A DNA stretch of 64,000 nucleotides, from the IMG/VR virus record IMGVR_UViG_3300013308_000020, positions 28,207-92,206 of that record; one strand, 5' to 3'. This document shows positions 37,401-45,200 of the stretch, in pieces. A model generated the notes under the pieces. The model saw only the letters and a list, made by a program, of their open reading frames with translations, was not told where the DNA came from and searched no databases. How positions within the stretch are numbered: position 1 is the first letter of the stretch; each line of letters starts with the position of its first letter. The DNA comes from a virus. Its lineage: Duplodnaviria; Caudoviricetes. The position numbers were made by a program, and so were the translations under genes.

Positions 37401-40035
37401 TACGTTTAATAGTATTATCATCTGCTTCAGGAATCTCTTCTTGAAGTTTCTCACGATTAGCTTTAAATGCTTCTTTCTGTGTTGCAAATCTAGTATAATC
37501 TTCTCCTCTAAGTCTAGCAAGTCTTGCAACTTGATCAGCATCAGGTTCTTCACCCATAGCTTCATCTGTAGCAATACTCTCTTCGATTTCATCTGCTTCT
37601 GCTTTAATATCAGATATATGTTCTTCCTTACTAGCAATAGCCTCGTCAATCATACGAGTTGCTTCTTTGCCAAGTTTAGGATTTTCAGCATTTATCTCTT
37701 CAAGAATATCATCTACATTCTCACCTGAATCTATACGAGAACGAATATTCTTTTCAAAAGCTTCACGCTCAACTTTATTCAGTTTGTATTTAAGACGTTC
37801 AGTAGCAAGTTGTTGTTTCTCATGTGCTTCATATTGAGGAACAGTACCTTCATCTAAATTAAATGCTTTTACAGGAGCAATTTTTTTCTTAGCTGCTTGT
37901 TCTCTTTCATATTCACGGTTTAAAAAGTCTTTAGCACCTTGTCTAGTATGAAGATCAAGTAATTGATTATGTAAATCTTCTCTAACTAATGAAGCATTAG
38001 TACGTTTCTCTTCAACAGCAGTTAACTTCTGAATATGCTCAAGATTCTTTTTAACTTTATCTTCAGTAATATTATTATTCTCTAAAGTCTCTTTATATTC
38101 ATTAAGAGTTTTTGCATACTTCTCTTCAAGAACTTTTTCATAAGCCTTGATATTAGAAGGTTTTTGTTCTTCAGGAATAGCATGATACTTATCTAGAGTG
38201 CTACGCATAGCATCTAGAGCAGCACGTTTAGTTAATGCTTGATTAAGTTGAGGATTAGCAATTAAAGTTGTTAATGCCTCATGCTCTTTTAAATAATTCT
38301 CAGCATCTAAGTTATTAGTTACATCTATATTCTCTAATCTAGAAGTTAGATGTTGTGCTCTATTAAATACAGCAGCTACATGTTCATCTCTTAATAAAGG
38401 ATTATTGTCATAGATTTTATCATATAACTCTTTTCCTTTTTTAGCTTTAGCCAATTCTCTTTGAGCCATTGCAGACCTTTCAGGGTCTTTAGCACTAGTT
38501 TGAGCAACATTATCTAATGCTTCAAAAAGAAAATTCTCTCTACCTTTAGAAAAGTATTTTGTATAGAGATTAGCTCTATACATAGCCTTTTCATCATTCA
38601 ACTGGGCTTCTGTCATTTTACTAACATCTTGCCTAGTATTATAAGCTGTATATTCATCCCCAGCTACTTTCATTACACCACCTGCACCGGACATTAAACC
38701 GCCTAAGATGAAGCCACTACGAGCAGCATTACGATAGTTAGCATCTTCTTCGTATCCTGCTTCTGTTTTACCAGTAGTAGCATATTCAATAGACTGTTTT
38801 CTATGACCTAAACTTTCTTTAAAGTTATCATAGAAAGAGTTATCATCTTTATATTTACCTGCAAGATATTGTTGAGTAACTGAGAACTGGTCAGTCTCTT
38901 CCATTTGCTCTAATAGAGCAGTAAGACCTACGCCACCCATAGTTTTAGCAGCACGACCAATACGAGTACCAGTACCTAATTCTTCAAATGCAGTTAACGC
39001 TTTACCTACTTTACCAAATACAGAAGCAGCTTTACCTGCTTTAGCAATACTGGAAAGAGTTCTCCACGGAGTTGCCATTACAAGAACTTCGGCAGCATCA
39101 GAAAGACTAAGGTTATTATTTTGTTCTACTACATCTTTAAGACCTTCGTGAGCCTTAATCTGAATATCAAGTTTCTCTTGTTCAGATATAGGATTACCTC
39201 CATTCTTTTCTGTTGCTACTGCAATATCTTGTTGAACCTTTTGCTCATAAGCATCATTAGCTTCAGCTTGAGATTCATTCTGTCTCATTTGGTAAATACC
39301 ATATAGACCCGCAGCAGTTTCAGTAGCACCAAGACCTGCCATAACCCAAGGTAATTCAGGAATATCTGCACCACCTGTAGCAGCTACAGAAGTTAAAGTT
39401 TTCTGAACAATCTTATTAATTATCTGAGGACCAAATGTAGTAAGCATTTGAGTACCAATTTCAGAAGCAGAACCACCTAATTCTTTAGGCATTTCATATT
39501 TCATATAATCATGGAAGTTAGTATTTTCTTCCATCATAGCTTGCTCTGATTTTATCTCATAACGTTTAGTTACAGGACGTGCAGCAATATCAGTATCTTT
39601 TTCAGCTATATCTTTATGAATAGCATTATATTCAGGATCTTCTTGAATATTATTTAATTCATCTTGCTGCATTTGAATCTTTCTATCAGCTTCTTCTTGA
39701 GTCATATAGCCTTTAGCTACCTTATCTTGAAGTGCTAGAATTTCTCTTTTTGCAGTTTGTTGTCGAAGCTCAAAAGGTTTTAGTCTATAACCGTAAGTAG
39801 ATTTCTTAATTTCATCAATACCATTAACAAAAGAATTCCATCTATCATCTTCTCCTGCACCAGACTCTTCCATCATTTCAGGAGCATCTGTTTTATGAGG
39901 ATCAGAATAACCTTGACCTCCATAAGTAGCAGCTGATTCAGTAAGTGCTTCTATCATTCTAGTACCTGAACTAGGGGAAGTTGTTTCCCCTAGTCCTGTT
40001 GTACCTGCTTGCTTTAAAATATCTAGCCCTCTCAT
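25444..40035 (-). CDS. giant virion-packaged two-barrel RNA polymerase with SF1 helicase, HAD and zincin domains (4863 aa)
   Basis: GSDYDID (DYDID at 28438-28452; crAss-type DxDID catalytic loop) preceded by FRIP, DAQG, KPVY and SAFKIG; GFAGTGKT/DEA/GDPNQ/YTATSRA; DVDDT; HEAFH. Confidence 0.9.
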   Translation of the reverse strand: MRGLDILKQAGTTGLGETTSPSSGTRMIEALTESAATYGGQGYSDPHKTDAPEMMEESGAGEDDRWNSFVNGIDEIKKSTYGYRLKPFELRQQTAKREILALQDKVAKGYMTQEEADRKIQMQQDELNNIQEDPEYNAIHKDIAEKDTDIAARPVTKRYEIKSEQAMMEENTNFHDYMKYEMPKELGGSASEIGTQMLTTFGPQIINKIVQKTLTSVAATGGADIPELPWVMAGLGATETAAGLYGIYQMRQNESQAEANDAYEQKVQQDIAVATEKNGGNPISEQEKLDIQIKAHEGLKDVVEQNNNLSLSDAAEVLVMATPWRTLSSIAKAGKAASVFGKVGKALTAFEELGTGTRIGRAAKTMGGVGLTALLEQMEETDQFSVTQQYLAGKYKDDNSFYDNFKESLGHRKQSIEYATTGKTEAGYEEDANYRNAARSGFILGGLMSGAGGVMKVAGDEYTAYNTRQDVSKMTEAQLNDEKAMYRANLYTKYFSKGRENFLFEALDNVAQTSAKDPERSAMAQRELAKAKKGKELYDKIYDNNPLLRDEHVAAVFNRAQHLTSRLENIDVTNNLDAENYLKEHEALTTLIANPQLNQALTKRAALDAMRSTLDKYHAIPEEQKPSNIKAYEKVLEEKYAKTLNEYKETLENNNITEDKVKKNLEHIQKLTAVEEKRTNASLVREDLHNQLLDLHTRQGAKDFLNREYEREQAAKKKIAPVKAFNLDEGTVPQYEAHEKQQLATERLKYKLNKVEREAFEKNIRSRIDSGENVDDILEEINAENPKLGKEATRMIDEAIASKEEHISDIKAEADEIEESIATDEAMGEEPDADQVARLARLRGEDYTRFATQKEAFKANREKLQEEIPEADDNTIKRRIKNTFLKGSEYIQDKFNKNPHYNDIASVKREVKRAKHLKKIYEDRVAPEMKASEAFQDFEDTMDKHIETLENIETEVTKRLEDRDARDNRIVDNEAVLALNQLGLNPDGTVVEGKEELNAISKSIIGDADYNRVMADAKGKLTLVHANILIQTLKDNVTDRTRIDEAIADSKKAVMRKMLALPNIQKAFAKRGKVFNMYQLSPFRMVKDLINGIKDGLGPDAYDNQKTSSIYKFFKEGDVAEFINDLNNEDRSTSSVTKEEILAVVKLHEQYASLFDLEASLDSNFDLHTETVAEQKHEEELAADKNRKTPTPSNQQWVAMRQIVRFVQGKTSGKLFEDIAYIKGFAGTGKTNVTIRWVIKMLGLKTNQYYLAGHNVHSAETLSSSLNKSAINSVDKLIADLPTMDSNIKFIILDEAPGVTSANLRAISTALQTLNKGRKEKVKLLFMGDPNQKVANKVKSMLESPTELVGSENMTSISPLTIRFRSDIAAIVDVQDLFIDQDQDLTKSTISTKANTLNPSTLSSSIPLLGVNGSLRDFDKDVMATLLARKDDRSRTRAIIVGNDADVAKYEAMLKAAGIDNVQVMTDTDAQGRTINEVYTNIPFTNEYRSVQEYNTAMYTATSRATDYIYIGGFNVDNQLSDTIESNKEEKEKQNKDRSAKFIAQRKAELIKMDNLLPPKEAKTPDTEKATTVADDISDADYAEFVDNDNVSQEILNRIADKIINNEKLTDREQAIFGSKSKEINDIISIYHAQNATTADPAIDEPLEDEQAVQDDFKSEEDHVEVEYNPDNQDGMNEKEGNGQVTAAPLGVTQGTDIYTIGYPTGASVARKNKDGSYGPGVKPGDEVHYVKAKTSSGEYYIAILAPIEGQRGRYHEVGIVSKKELAKGVKDQDELYILLQDALNDDLGDTYPSSAFTTEDKSKGILKVSVLNPITSGRIAHTQKLAYKYGAPKPYDVLNTISRFVKGFFTNGENPDINKISENSKVRIYTTNGVGELVQSYKDKGKEIPFTPQAGVPYLVLDNLTRSAKFSKQQFIRLTPAFLDENKHSKYTRPIKKLIAAIEEMDYFMEGIEFGTPQYSEIIKADDEYLLKIIGSVLPKVTTENFNDFLDARDKLHDLVYSKELERFKDSKDIKQNHHVKDTSDNKMFDGNARVVKLIEKDNKVTSAQVKASDGTIMIVPIENLERVAVEKRVAGPAQIALNAIAKANANPNGYPIRVYKKIPNRNGIGFTVESFAKGLLIEQGETFSLEQLKELMQFDGEGKSSLLHVPLDIKHFQENSESEGTSLANVSDYINDTFEEVASSAISIERPSARKEREVTKPAETQAAPKPAAPKAKSAAEVKEEELDKFLPRGKKLLIDVDDTIIKTSEAVEKLDFEHSSASKKQAFFFEKGIYEEQVDNMLAKVELTELGKLLLKRLADGSIKKGDIHIVTSGKGRVKYLSDLLGIPVAQILTGQSDKNKMDRAHKYGDTIIDDNRYITDNTKGSIHYDYTKNEISAIDETYKAEKAKEEEAIVNENVLTPAEIKAKKKADLAKAKNKQKFGNKRELLKERGTSLGHLVKNPYDLVRKIIPSIRKEDVKVVSEAVMLKLTDGRAAWGHFREGIIYLLEGAEGVYHKVIRHEAFHRIFNNHLTEAEREKLIKTARRINPALEHITPVRVEEWLAEQYQNWTTKRGVVSLALINGFKKILNWLGLYKANFDNIESLFDAMDAGLLDKEGEVVEDATRNLVKIREDYLTTDHYRKARDLVTSGMSNRLNATEWDDEEGALKKVNLNKDGSNMKEATPMPFEEAINDLREEFKYYLDLYTESIAETVEEGEQPDEDDIFSKELYTILNDPRKSKDLLREIYPTLYLGNKEFTENLAETDEEIAQEIEDAQTDGSIYEDIIESDRIDNESAVKRGVKDFLATIVDEGGNIVNPRMGYIKLLEGFVGVTTKDLGKMIEQIGLNFGPTKTSNRKVAAIYDKVVDLITTANDNSDANGKPLPTFDKIGYDFQNDDVFIFKNAMDKTSSVSRGKMTSVAFMKSIAAALEKEGYVVNNERLNLQYKRAVAKEVLTQIRQSIGSQRKKNVMIAVRATSQWDSQKKREFYGVSYRYVSVREQGAKQNMRAAVETAFMTKGPTIPDALKQRFLETADDSTEATTKNIEDLIHYLGLPKPTIVKGEEFNIHASLKNLFQQVEAVGKEETKTDIDDDGNEGVEKKVTFTWDQFLKDSNQRIENLTDLLVKDSEDLRPVSYISGDGKKRYEWTNSSFGVDTLIHLTKGFVENRPDFMESAVFRRNILMGNGKTKREKAAHNKIHSFVDHDSIKEKDNKYKPTPYKNETSEQWLHRNINYTFLSLIGNAKASKGFRYIQQFYTISNKPAPYSAELNLKKSSEIKDVIYQAVMQEVERPYQDAQNYGKNYNKSYLAGLTEADITELRDLQEYEAMDISGKESQFNKLLETKIDKVFAAIEKKSERLVDKLIDAKFVLDYDVHKTQNKLLAHIDDKYKTADGKALLEEHTLPESLQSIKNKEYQLTKEQLLPLMDLWMKNNYMNGHFLNQLVMGDQAFYKNPADQIKRMSIAFAMGYSGMVNNEGFMKEKFTVAVAKKIMFGITEKQFKKHQAFYGKTGEAADAQGYHTPERGLDIRKGFGKEMALGAIMKPVYWALNKLGVPQGMKYSTIELSDALLYNKDGSERFPELVRLRQEMYDKKVDEYVFISAFKIGAPENLTGHGINEENVYTDAQGKKQKGIDPRSIVELDNSNWRIQLNPVHTLEGETAHPTQITYFVDIDGKNSKAANELFKLNAKLIRRGLNRMNQKLGGGNGNASKLRKFFLDSLGATDARLYDFMSAKDKDGNYLLSLNFPTVVNKVVTQIASTVSKATVQVKYDGTKLPLQADFGIKYIDESGKEKSSRRLKIRTETTVDGKKVQYAEVLMDNIYKDQFQMGDILFESALAFRIPSTELHSALPIKIVGFYDGKGTNVVIAPRELTILHGSDYDIDALFIMRRTPYLPKQGEKESKADYAQRANYKDLLMHGAIIGRKLDGEKIPKFIPRMEKEIKDLKERKKILDKKDDKEEIRRINKYINLLDGALDSAIKNEIVDKFLEVVTARRNEERMMTPISMDRLNDLEDNESVFSKLKAIGVTVEKEYDLNDPIDQMQIHQDNFSGTAIVGAIADLVRGLSYTLQSYKPDFDTRIKIIKRFKTPEKVEAFNKAMDIYNKAVTQSNKGEITYEEFRATAEAAFKEVEDEFNIVYDTPYVSETKTLAFDGKVYNKLTIKESGKKQKNGKPFNVSDTFDALINAALDNVKEQILPIIKLTNNTGKAYFGMLAVGMPLVATSKHFLTPVIKNLADARNMKLAQSESVKVLNALIAEKAGNITPEALDAVKDNVKLDEEALDNLIKKGNEEDFSIDKLTIEELIVQQKALTNFINGNSNGEDIGQVAKATKILKQFPVAQEEIQDLVDLFDDLKAAKDGLLGTINIMSLPHIKEAHHSLIKVSSIVNNQFYKHREELNKVAEAAIRHTGIRLDSNINKNKRMIRDEIMRMFLSGLSYVSDGITVNFNTSNATFKQFALNKKNEQIPLEGAKDLVGLNAFNQSFVEEVRAAQKANPANKFLSKIRIAPQLGVGKNMYQVEYNTTAAMEQAEIQDLQKAFNELKVDGKFTPFMHNFVKYAALNQGLSFGLSSYSLLLPAEVYADFDTAMNKFFNTLLSPTEARKPEIVEKRFKNLNEYFAAKFAKQFPSKLATNKEFVKKPGTIYPEQGFDILPNGERVNYELKYEYEKASETTQAVPDGDNKDEATVSLDEKQGEPTTQVADAAAPNDNDPTLTKEIKINGFPDFLSYYEKSYVRVPSKEGDPYVYYQYLAREEKGSKQGYEFDKNVMFFGYSLADAFKRDVKARSVPKANDQSEYSGDPKYNHFELEDTITLRTLNDSERLNAFDYTIKSITYTRGSKILEDREGADKVTYGLDNGRKVINFNREELSETDIVDLDELCK

Positions 40036-42236
40036 ACGTTATTCTCTTGTAGGTATAAAATGAATGCTTCTCTTTCTCTATCAGTCATAGAACTAAATCT
40101 ATCTACTTCTTTGATTTTTTCTTTTGCTGTATTTAATCTAGGAGTAAGGTCATTTTGTATATATAACTGTCTTTCTTTTTCGTCCTTAACTTTTGTGTTA
40201 AGTTCGTCCATATAATCTTTTACTTGTTTATCTAATTGCTTCTGTAATAAAACCTTAGTACGTTCTCTAAAAGGAACTTGTTTCGATTTAGGATTAGTAG
40301 GGTCTACAGGTACGGGAGCATTACCAATTAAACCTTTCATTTTATAACCTAGATTAGCCATATTACGTTGGTTTTCTGCATTTTGAGTTACATACTCAGC
40401 ATGATTTGCAGCAACATCAGTAGTACCCATTTTCTTCTTATCAAAATCTTCTGCAATAGTAGCAGATTCAGGTATCTTAGATACGAAGTTAACGTTATAA
40501 TATTTATTTTCTTCAATCTTATCATCAGGACCTAAACCAGTAATTAGATTATGAGTTTTAGCCCATTCCAAATCAGAAGCTGACATATCAGATAACTCAG
40601 TACCTTTCATTTTAGTAGTGAACTCTCCATACTTTTTACCGTTTACACGATAAGTATTTGTAGGATTTTTCATGTTAACATTGGCATCAACTACTTTACC
40701 ATTGAACTTTTTACCTATTGCTTCATAAGCTTTAAGATTATCTCCTTCAAAAGCAGTTTTATATTTTGCTGCAATATTAGCATGTTCAGCAGGTAGTTTC
40801 TTTAATTCTGCTTGAGCCTTTTCTAAATCTTTTTCGAGTAAAAATTTCTTTCTTTCTTTATCTTCACCGAATGTACCTTGCGCTATATCAACAGCTTTAC
40901 CTATAACTGGGAATGCAGTACCAAGTGTTTTTGATATTGCAGAAGGTTCTTCTAAATTTAAGAGTTTCTCTTTAATAGTATTAACATCACTTTCTTTCTT
41001 ATAGTATTCTTTAGCTATCTTAACTTGTTCTTCATTAAATCCTGCAGCTTCAGGAACAAAAGTACTACCCATTGTACCTATTTCCATAGGAACTCTCATA
41101 GCATCATATTTATTCTTAGTTTCAGGATCTTCTACAGTTACTTTAGGGAAGTGTATACCTGAGAAAGTTTCATCATTACTAACAGTACCATAGTTACCAT
41201 TCTCATCTGTTAGACTTGCAGCTCTATCCCATAATGCATGAGGAGCTAAAGCAACTGCTTCTTTCTTAGCTATTTTCTCTGCTTTCTCTTTAACAGTAGC
41301 AGCTTTAGCTAATTTCTTATCCTCTTCTATAGCATCTGCTGCAATTTTTTGTCTTTGAAGTTCAAGAGCTTGTCTATGATTAATAGCATCTCTTTGTAAA
41401 TCAAACGCTTGTTGATCTTCTCTATTCTCACGTTGTACAGCAGGAGCATTAACTTGATAGTTAACATCTTCTTTTGTAAATGTTTGTGCTTTACCTACGT
41501 TAAACAAATAATTAGAAATATAATCATCTGCTTCACCTTCACCCATACCTTTAATCTTAGTAAGTTTGCGTTTCATTTGGTCGCCCTCCGGACTATTCAT
41601 AAAACGCATAATAGAACCTTCTAAGTTATCTTTAACTCTTTGGTCAGATATACCAGTGATAGAACCACTTTGTAAGAAGTCTCTGATATTAGCAGGAGTT
41701 AAACCTAAATTTCTAGTACTAGCTATAAGTTTACTTACCTCTTGTGCTCTAGTATCGTAGTCTAATTCTTTCTCATTTTGAGCAACAAATCTTCTAGCTT
41801 TACCATCTGCTCCAACAGTTTTCCAACCTTCAGCAGGATTAAAGTCAAGAACACTATGACCGGCAGCTTGCATAGCTTGTCTAGTTTTCTCAGCTTCTTT
41901 AATAGCAGTCATATTCTCTTTAGCCATATTTAAATTTTGGTCAGCAGACCAATCTCTAACAGCTAACCCTATACGTGGAGTAGCATAAGCATAATCACCA
42001 CTAGATGCAATAGCATCTCTTTGTTGTTTAAGTCTACCTAATGCTGCATCCTTAATATCTCTATCACCATCTGCGACTTGAGTATTATTAGCCATAATAT
42101 CTAAAGCAGACATAGCGGCATAATTTTCATCATGCCGCTTCTGAACTGCTCCGAGACTATTAGCCAATATATCGAGCTTAGGGTCGACATACATCGACAT
42201 AGGCTCATTATATATTTGTTGACCGAAGTATCCCAT
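40032..42236 (-). CDS. virion cargo/ejection protein (734 aa, helical)
   Basis: Lies between the 1670-aa cargo gene and the vRNAP gene with ATGA coupling; coiled-coil-rich. Confidence 0.65.
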   Translation of the reverse strand: MGYFGQQIYNEPMSMYVDPKLDILANSLGAVQKRHDENYAAMSALDIMANNTQVADGDRDIKDAALGRLKQQRDAIASSGDYAYATPRIGLAVRDWSADQNLNMAKENMTAIKEAEKTRQAMQAAGHSVLDFNPAEGWKTVGADGKARRFVAQNEKELDYDTRAQEVSKLIASTRNLGLTPANIRDFLQSGSITGISDQRVKDNLEGSIMRFMNSPEGDQMKRKLTKIKGMGEGEADDYISNYLFNVGKAQTFTKEDVNYQVNAPAVQRENREDQQAFDLQRDAINHRQALELQRQKIAADAIEEDKKLAKAATVKEKAEKIAKKEAVALAPHALWDRAASLTDENGNYGTVSNDETFSGIHFPKVTVEDPETKNKYDAMRVPMEIGTMGSTFVPEAAGFNEEQVKIAKEYYKKESDVNTIKEKLLNLEEPSAISKTLGTAFPVIGKAVDIAQGTFGEDKERKKFLLEKDLEKAQAELKKLPAEHANIAAKYKTAFEGDNLKAYEAIGKKFNGKVVDANVNMKNPTNTYRVNGKKYGEFTTKMKGTELSDMSASDLEWAKTHNLITGLGPDDKIEENKYYNVNFVSKIPESATIAEDFDKKKMGTTDVAANHAEYVTQNAENQRNMANLGYKMKGLIGNAPVPVDPTNPKSKQVPFRERTKVLLQKQLDKQVKDYMDELNTKVKDEKERQLYIQNDLTPRLNTAKEKIKEVDRFSSMTDREREAFILYLQENNV

Positions 42237-42243
42237 CTTTTAT

Positions 42244-45200
42244 TTATTTTAAACTTGCGTAGTATTTCTCTAAGTCTTTGAGTGCAGCACTATTAGGAGT
42301 ATTAACTCTCATTTGATCTATTTTAGATTTTAGTCCTTGAGGGTCATTAGCATACATATCTTTAATTGCTTGCAATTGATATCCATAATCAGCACTATTA
42401 GGATTTGCCATAGCAATTTGTTTAATGCTTTCTAAATCTCTAGCATCCATTTTAGCATCTCTAGCAGAAGTATATTGGTCTAAGGCAAAGTTTCTAGCAT
42501 TACCTACAATATCTTCCTGAATACCTGCTCTACGTTTAGTATCTTCTACATCGTAAGCATATCTCTTATCATTATTGCGAGAGTTGATACCTGAATTTAC
42601 TAAAATTTCTTTATTTTTCAACTCATTTTCTATATTATTTTTCTGAGCATATAAAGCATTTTGATTATCAAGAGAAGAAGCGTAAAGCTGTTGCATATTA
42701 GAATTAGCTGCACCACCTTGAACTGTATTCTGTCTAATATTGGTAGCTGATGCATCTCTTGCATTTCTAGCTGCCTGCAATTGTGGATTGATATCGAATG
42801 TAGTATTCATTCTAACAGCAGGGTCAAGATAAGGTTTAGCAATTTGAGGAGTATTAGCTGTCATAATTCCACTAGCTAAGTTGTCAACATATTGCCAAGG
42901 AATACCATTACCACCTTTCATAGCATTTTTAGTTGCTTCACCTTCAGGGATAGGTAGTTTTTGAAGTTCAGGAGCAGCAAGTTTATTAAAAGGAGCACTC
43001 GTTATTCCCAAACTAGCAGGTCTAGTTTCTAACTTTTGAATAGCATTAGGGTCTTGATAATTATTATCAACATAGAATTGAGTACCTGTTTGCTTATCCA
43101 TTACTGTTGGTTCAATATATGGATTAACTACACCAGTAGAACTTGTACGACCAGGTGCTACATATTCACCTGTACCTGCACCAAAAGCTCTACCTCTAGT
43201 AGCAGCATTATATTCACCTCTTCTATTTACAATATTAGTAGGACGTATACTTCTAGGGTCAGTACTCCAACCACCTTTAGCAGGAAGAGGATTAAATGAT
43301 GCCCCAGGAGCTTTACCATATTGATATCCCATTGGATATGCGAATGGTTGAGGTTGAGTTAACTTCATACCATTATATAACTTAGGAAGTCTACCACCAT
43401 TAGCCATTGCAGGCATAGAGCTATAAATAGAAGGAGGTAGAGCCAATTGCTTTTTCATTTCTTGTTCATTGAATAGTTGGTCTAATTTCATATCCATTCG
43501 TTCAGTCATTCTATGACCAGTATTACTGATAGCTTCATTTGTACTAGGAATCTTAGCTTCAAACTTAGCCTTTTGTTTTCCTATCTCTTCTGCTTCTTTA
43601 GCATAAGTTTTCTTATTAGCAGTTTTCATTCTATCAGAGAATACTCTTTCACCACCTGCACCTGCAACTCCACCTTCTGCATGAGAAGGAGCTTGGTCAG
43701 GAACTTTAGTCATATCAGAAGCAACTTGTTGTTGTTGTCCATCTTCAAGCATTGGTTGTTGACCCTGAATCATTTCACCACCTTCAACTTCATATTCAGG
43801 TTCTTGTGGCATTTGACCTCCATAAGGATAAGCATAAAGCATACCTCCATCACCATGTTTCTTCTTTCTACCTTTATGTTTCCATTTAGCAGCATTCCTA
43901 GCAAAGTTAGCCATCTGACGTACATGAGGGTCTTTAGAATGTAAAGCTTCTTCTGTAGTCTTTCCTGTACGTTTTTTATAAGCAGTGAACTTACCTCTAT
44001 TTTCTTTTTTAATATGTATCTTACCTCCTTTACCATATTCAGGAAGGTCTCCTCCCCAAGCATAAGAACCTGATACACTAGTACCATGTTTAGGTTTACC
44101 TAAATTAATCTTAACAGGAATACCTGAACCTTTTTTAGTAGAAGCAAGATTACCCATTTGCCCATATATTGCTGCATAAGGGTTAGTTAATTGATCAGTT
44201 CTATTCTGCATTCTTTTTATAAGACCTTCTTCTTGTTTTCCTGCAAAATCAAATCTATCAGATATTATAGCATCATCTGTAGGTTTACCTTTTTTAATAC
44301 TAGTTTCTCCTAAAGTAGTTTGCATTCTATGAGTAGGGTCAACTAATGCATGAACAAAGGTTGGTATATCATGTGGGTCAACTCCTTCTGAAGATGGACC
44401 ATAATCAGCATATTCAGCACCAAAATATTTACCTTTATTATCTGGTTCATCTCCAGCTCTAACAGTAGCATTTCTATGAACTCTTCTCATTACATTTAAT
44501 TCTTCCGGAGTTAAATCCTTTTCGGTTAAAGGAGTAGGAGTTCCTCTAGTTAAGAAATTATCACCAGTAAATCTCTTCATTGCATTACCTGTAACATCTT
44601 GAGCAAGCATTGCAGCATTAATAGGAAGTACTGCTCTAGTTGCTTTAGTAACACCTTGATTAATAAGATTACCAAATTCATCTAAAGTACCACCATCAGC
44701 TAATTTTTTAGTTTTTAAATATGCAATAGGATCTTTATCTGCTATCTTTTTAATATTATCATAATTATTTAATCCTATTTCTCCAAGAGTTGCTCCAACT
44801 AAATGAGGATTCTTTGCCGCAGAAAGAACTTTTCCTGCTGTAGAAGATCCTTTAGCTAAATAAATAGTATTAGGTTTTCCTACAAAATTTTCACCTCCTA
44901 CTATACCTGCAAATCCACTTAATCCTGCACCTAAAGCATCTCTTTTAGCATCACCATATTCTCCTCTATACGAATCTAATAAAGTTTGACCTATACCAGT
45001 TCCCATACCTGCAACAGAAGCAACTTTACCTACACTTTGACCTATAGGTTCAGGAGAGAAATTACCTAATTGACCATAAGAAGCTATTTGATCTGCTGTT
45101 TCTAAACCTTCTTTAAGTCCTTGAGTATCTTTTCTTCTTTGTTGATATTTATATCTTCTAGCAAGTTCATCTCTTAGAAATGCTTCTTCATTAGCTTTTT

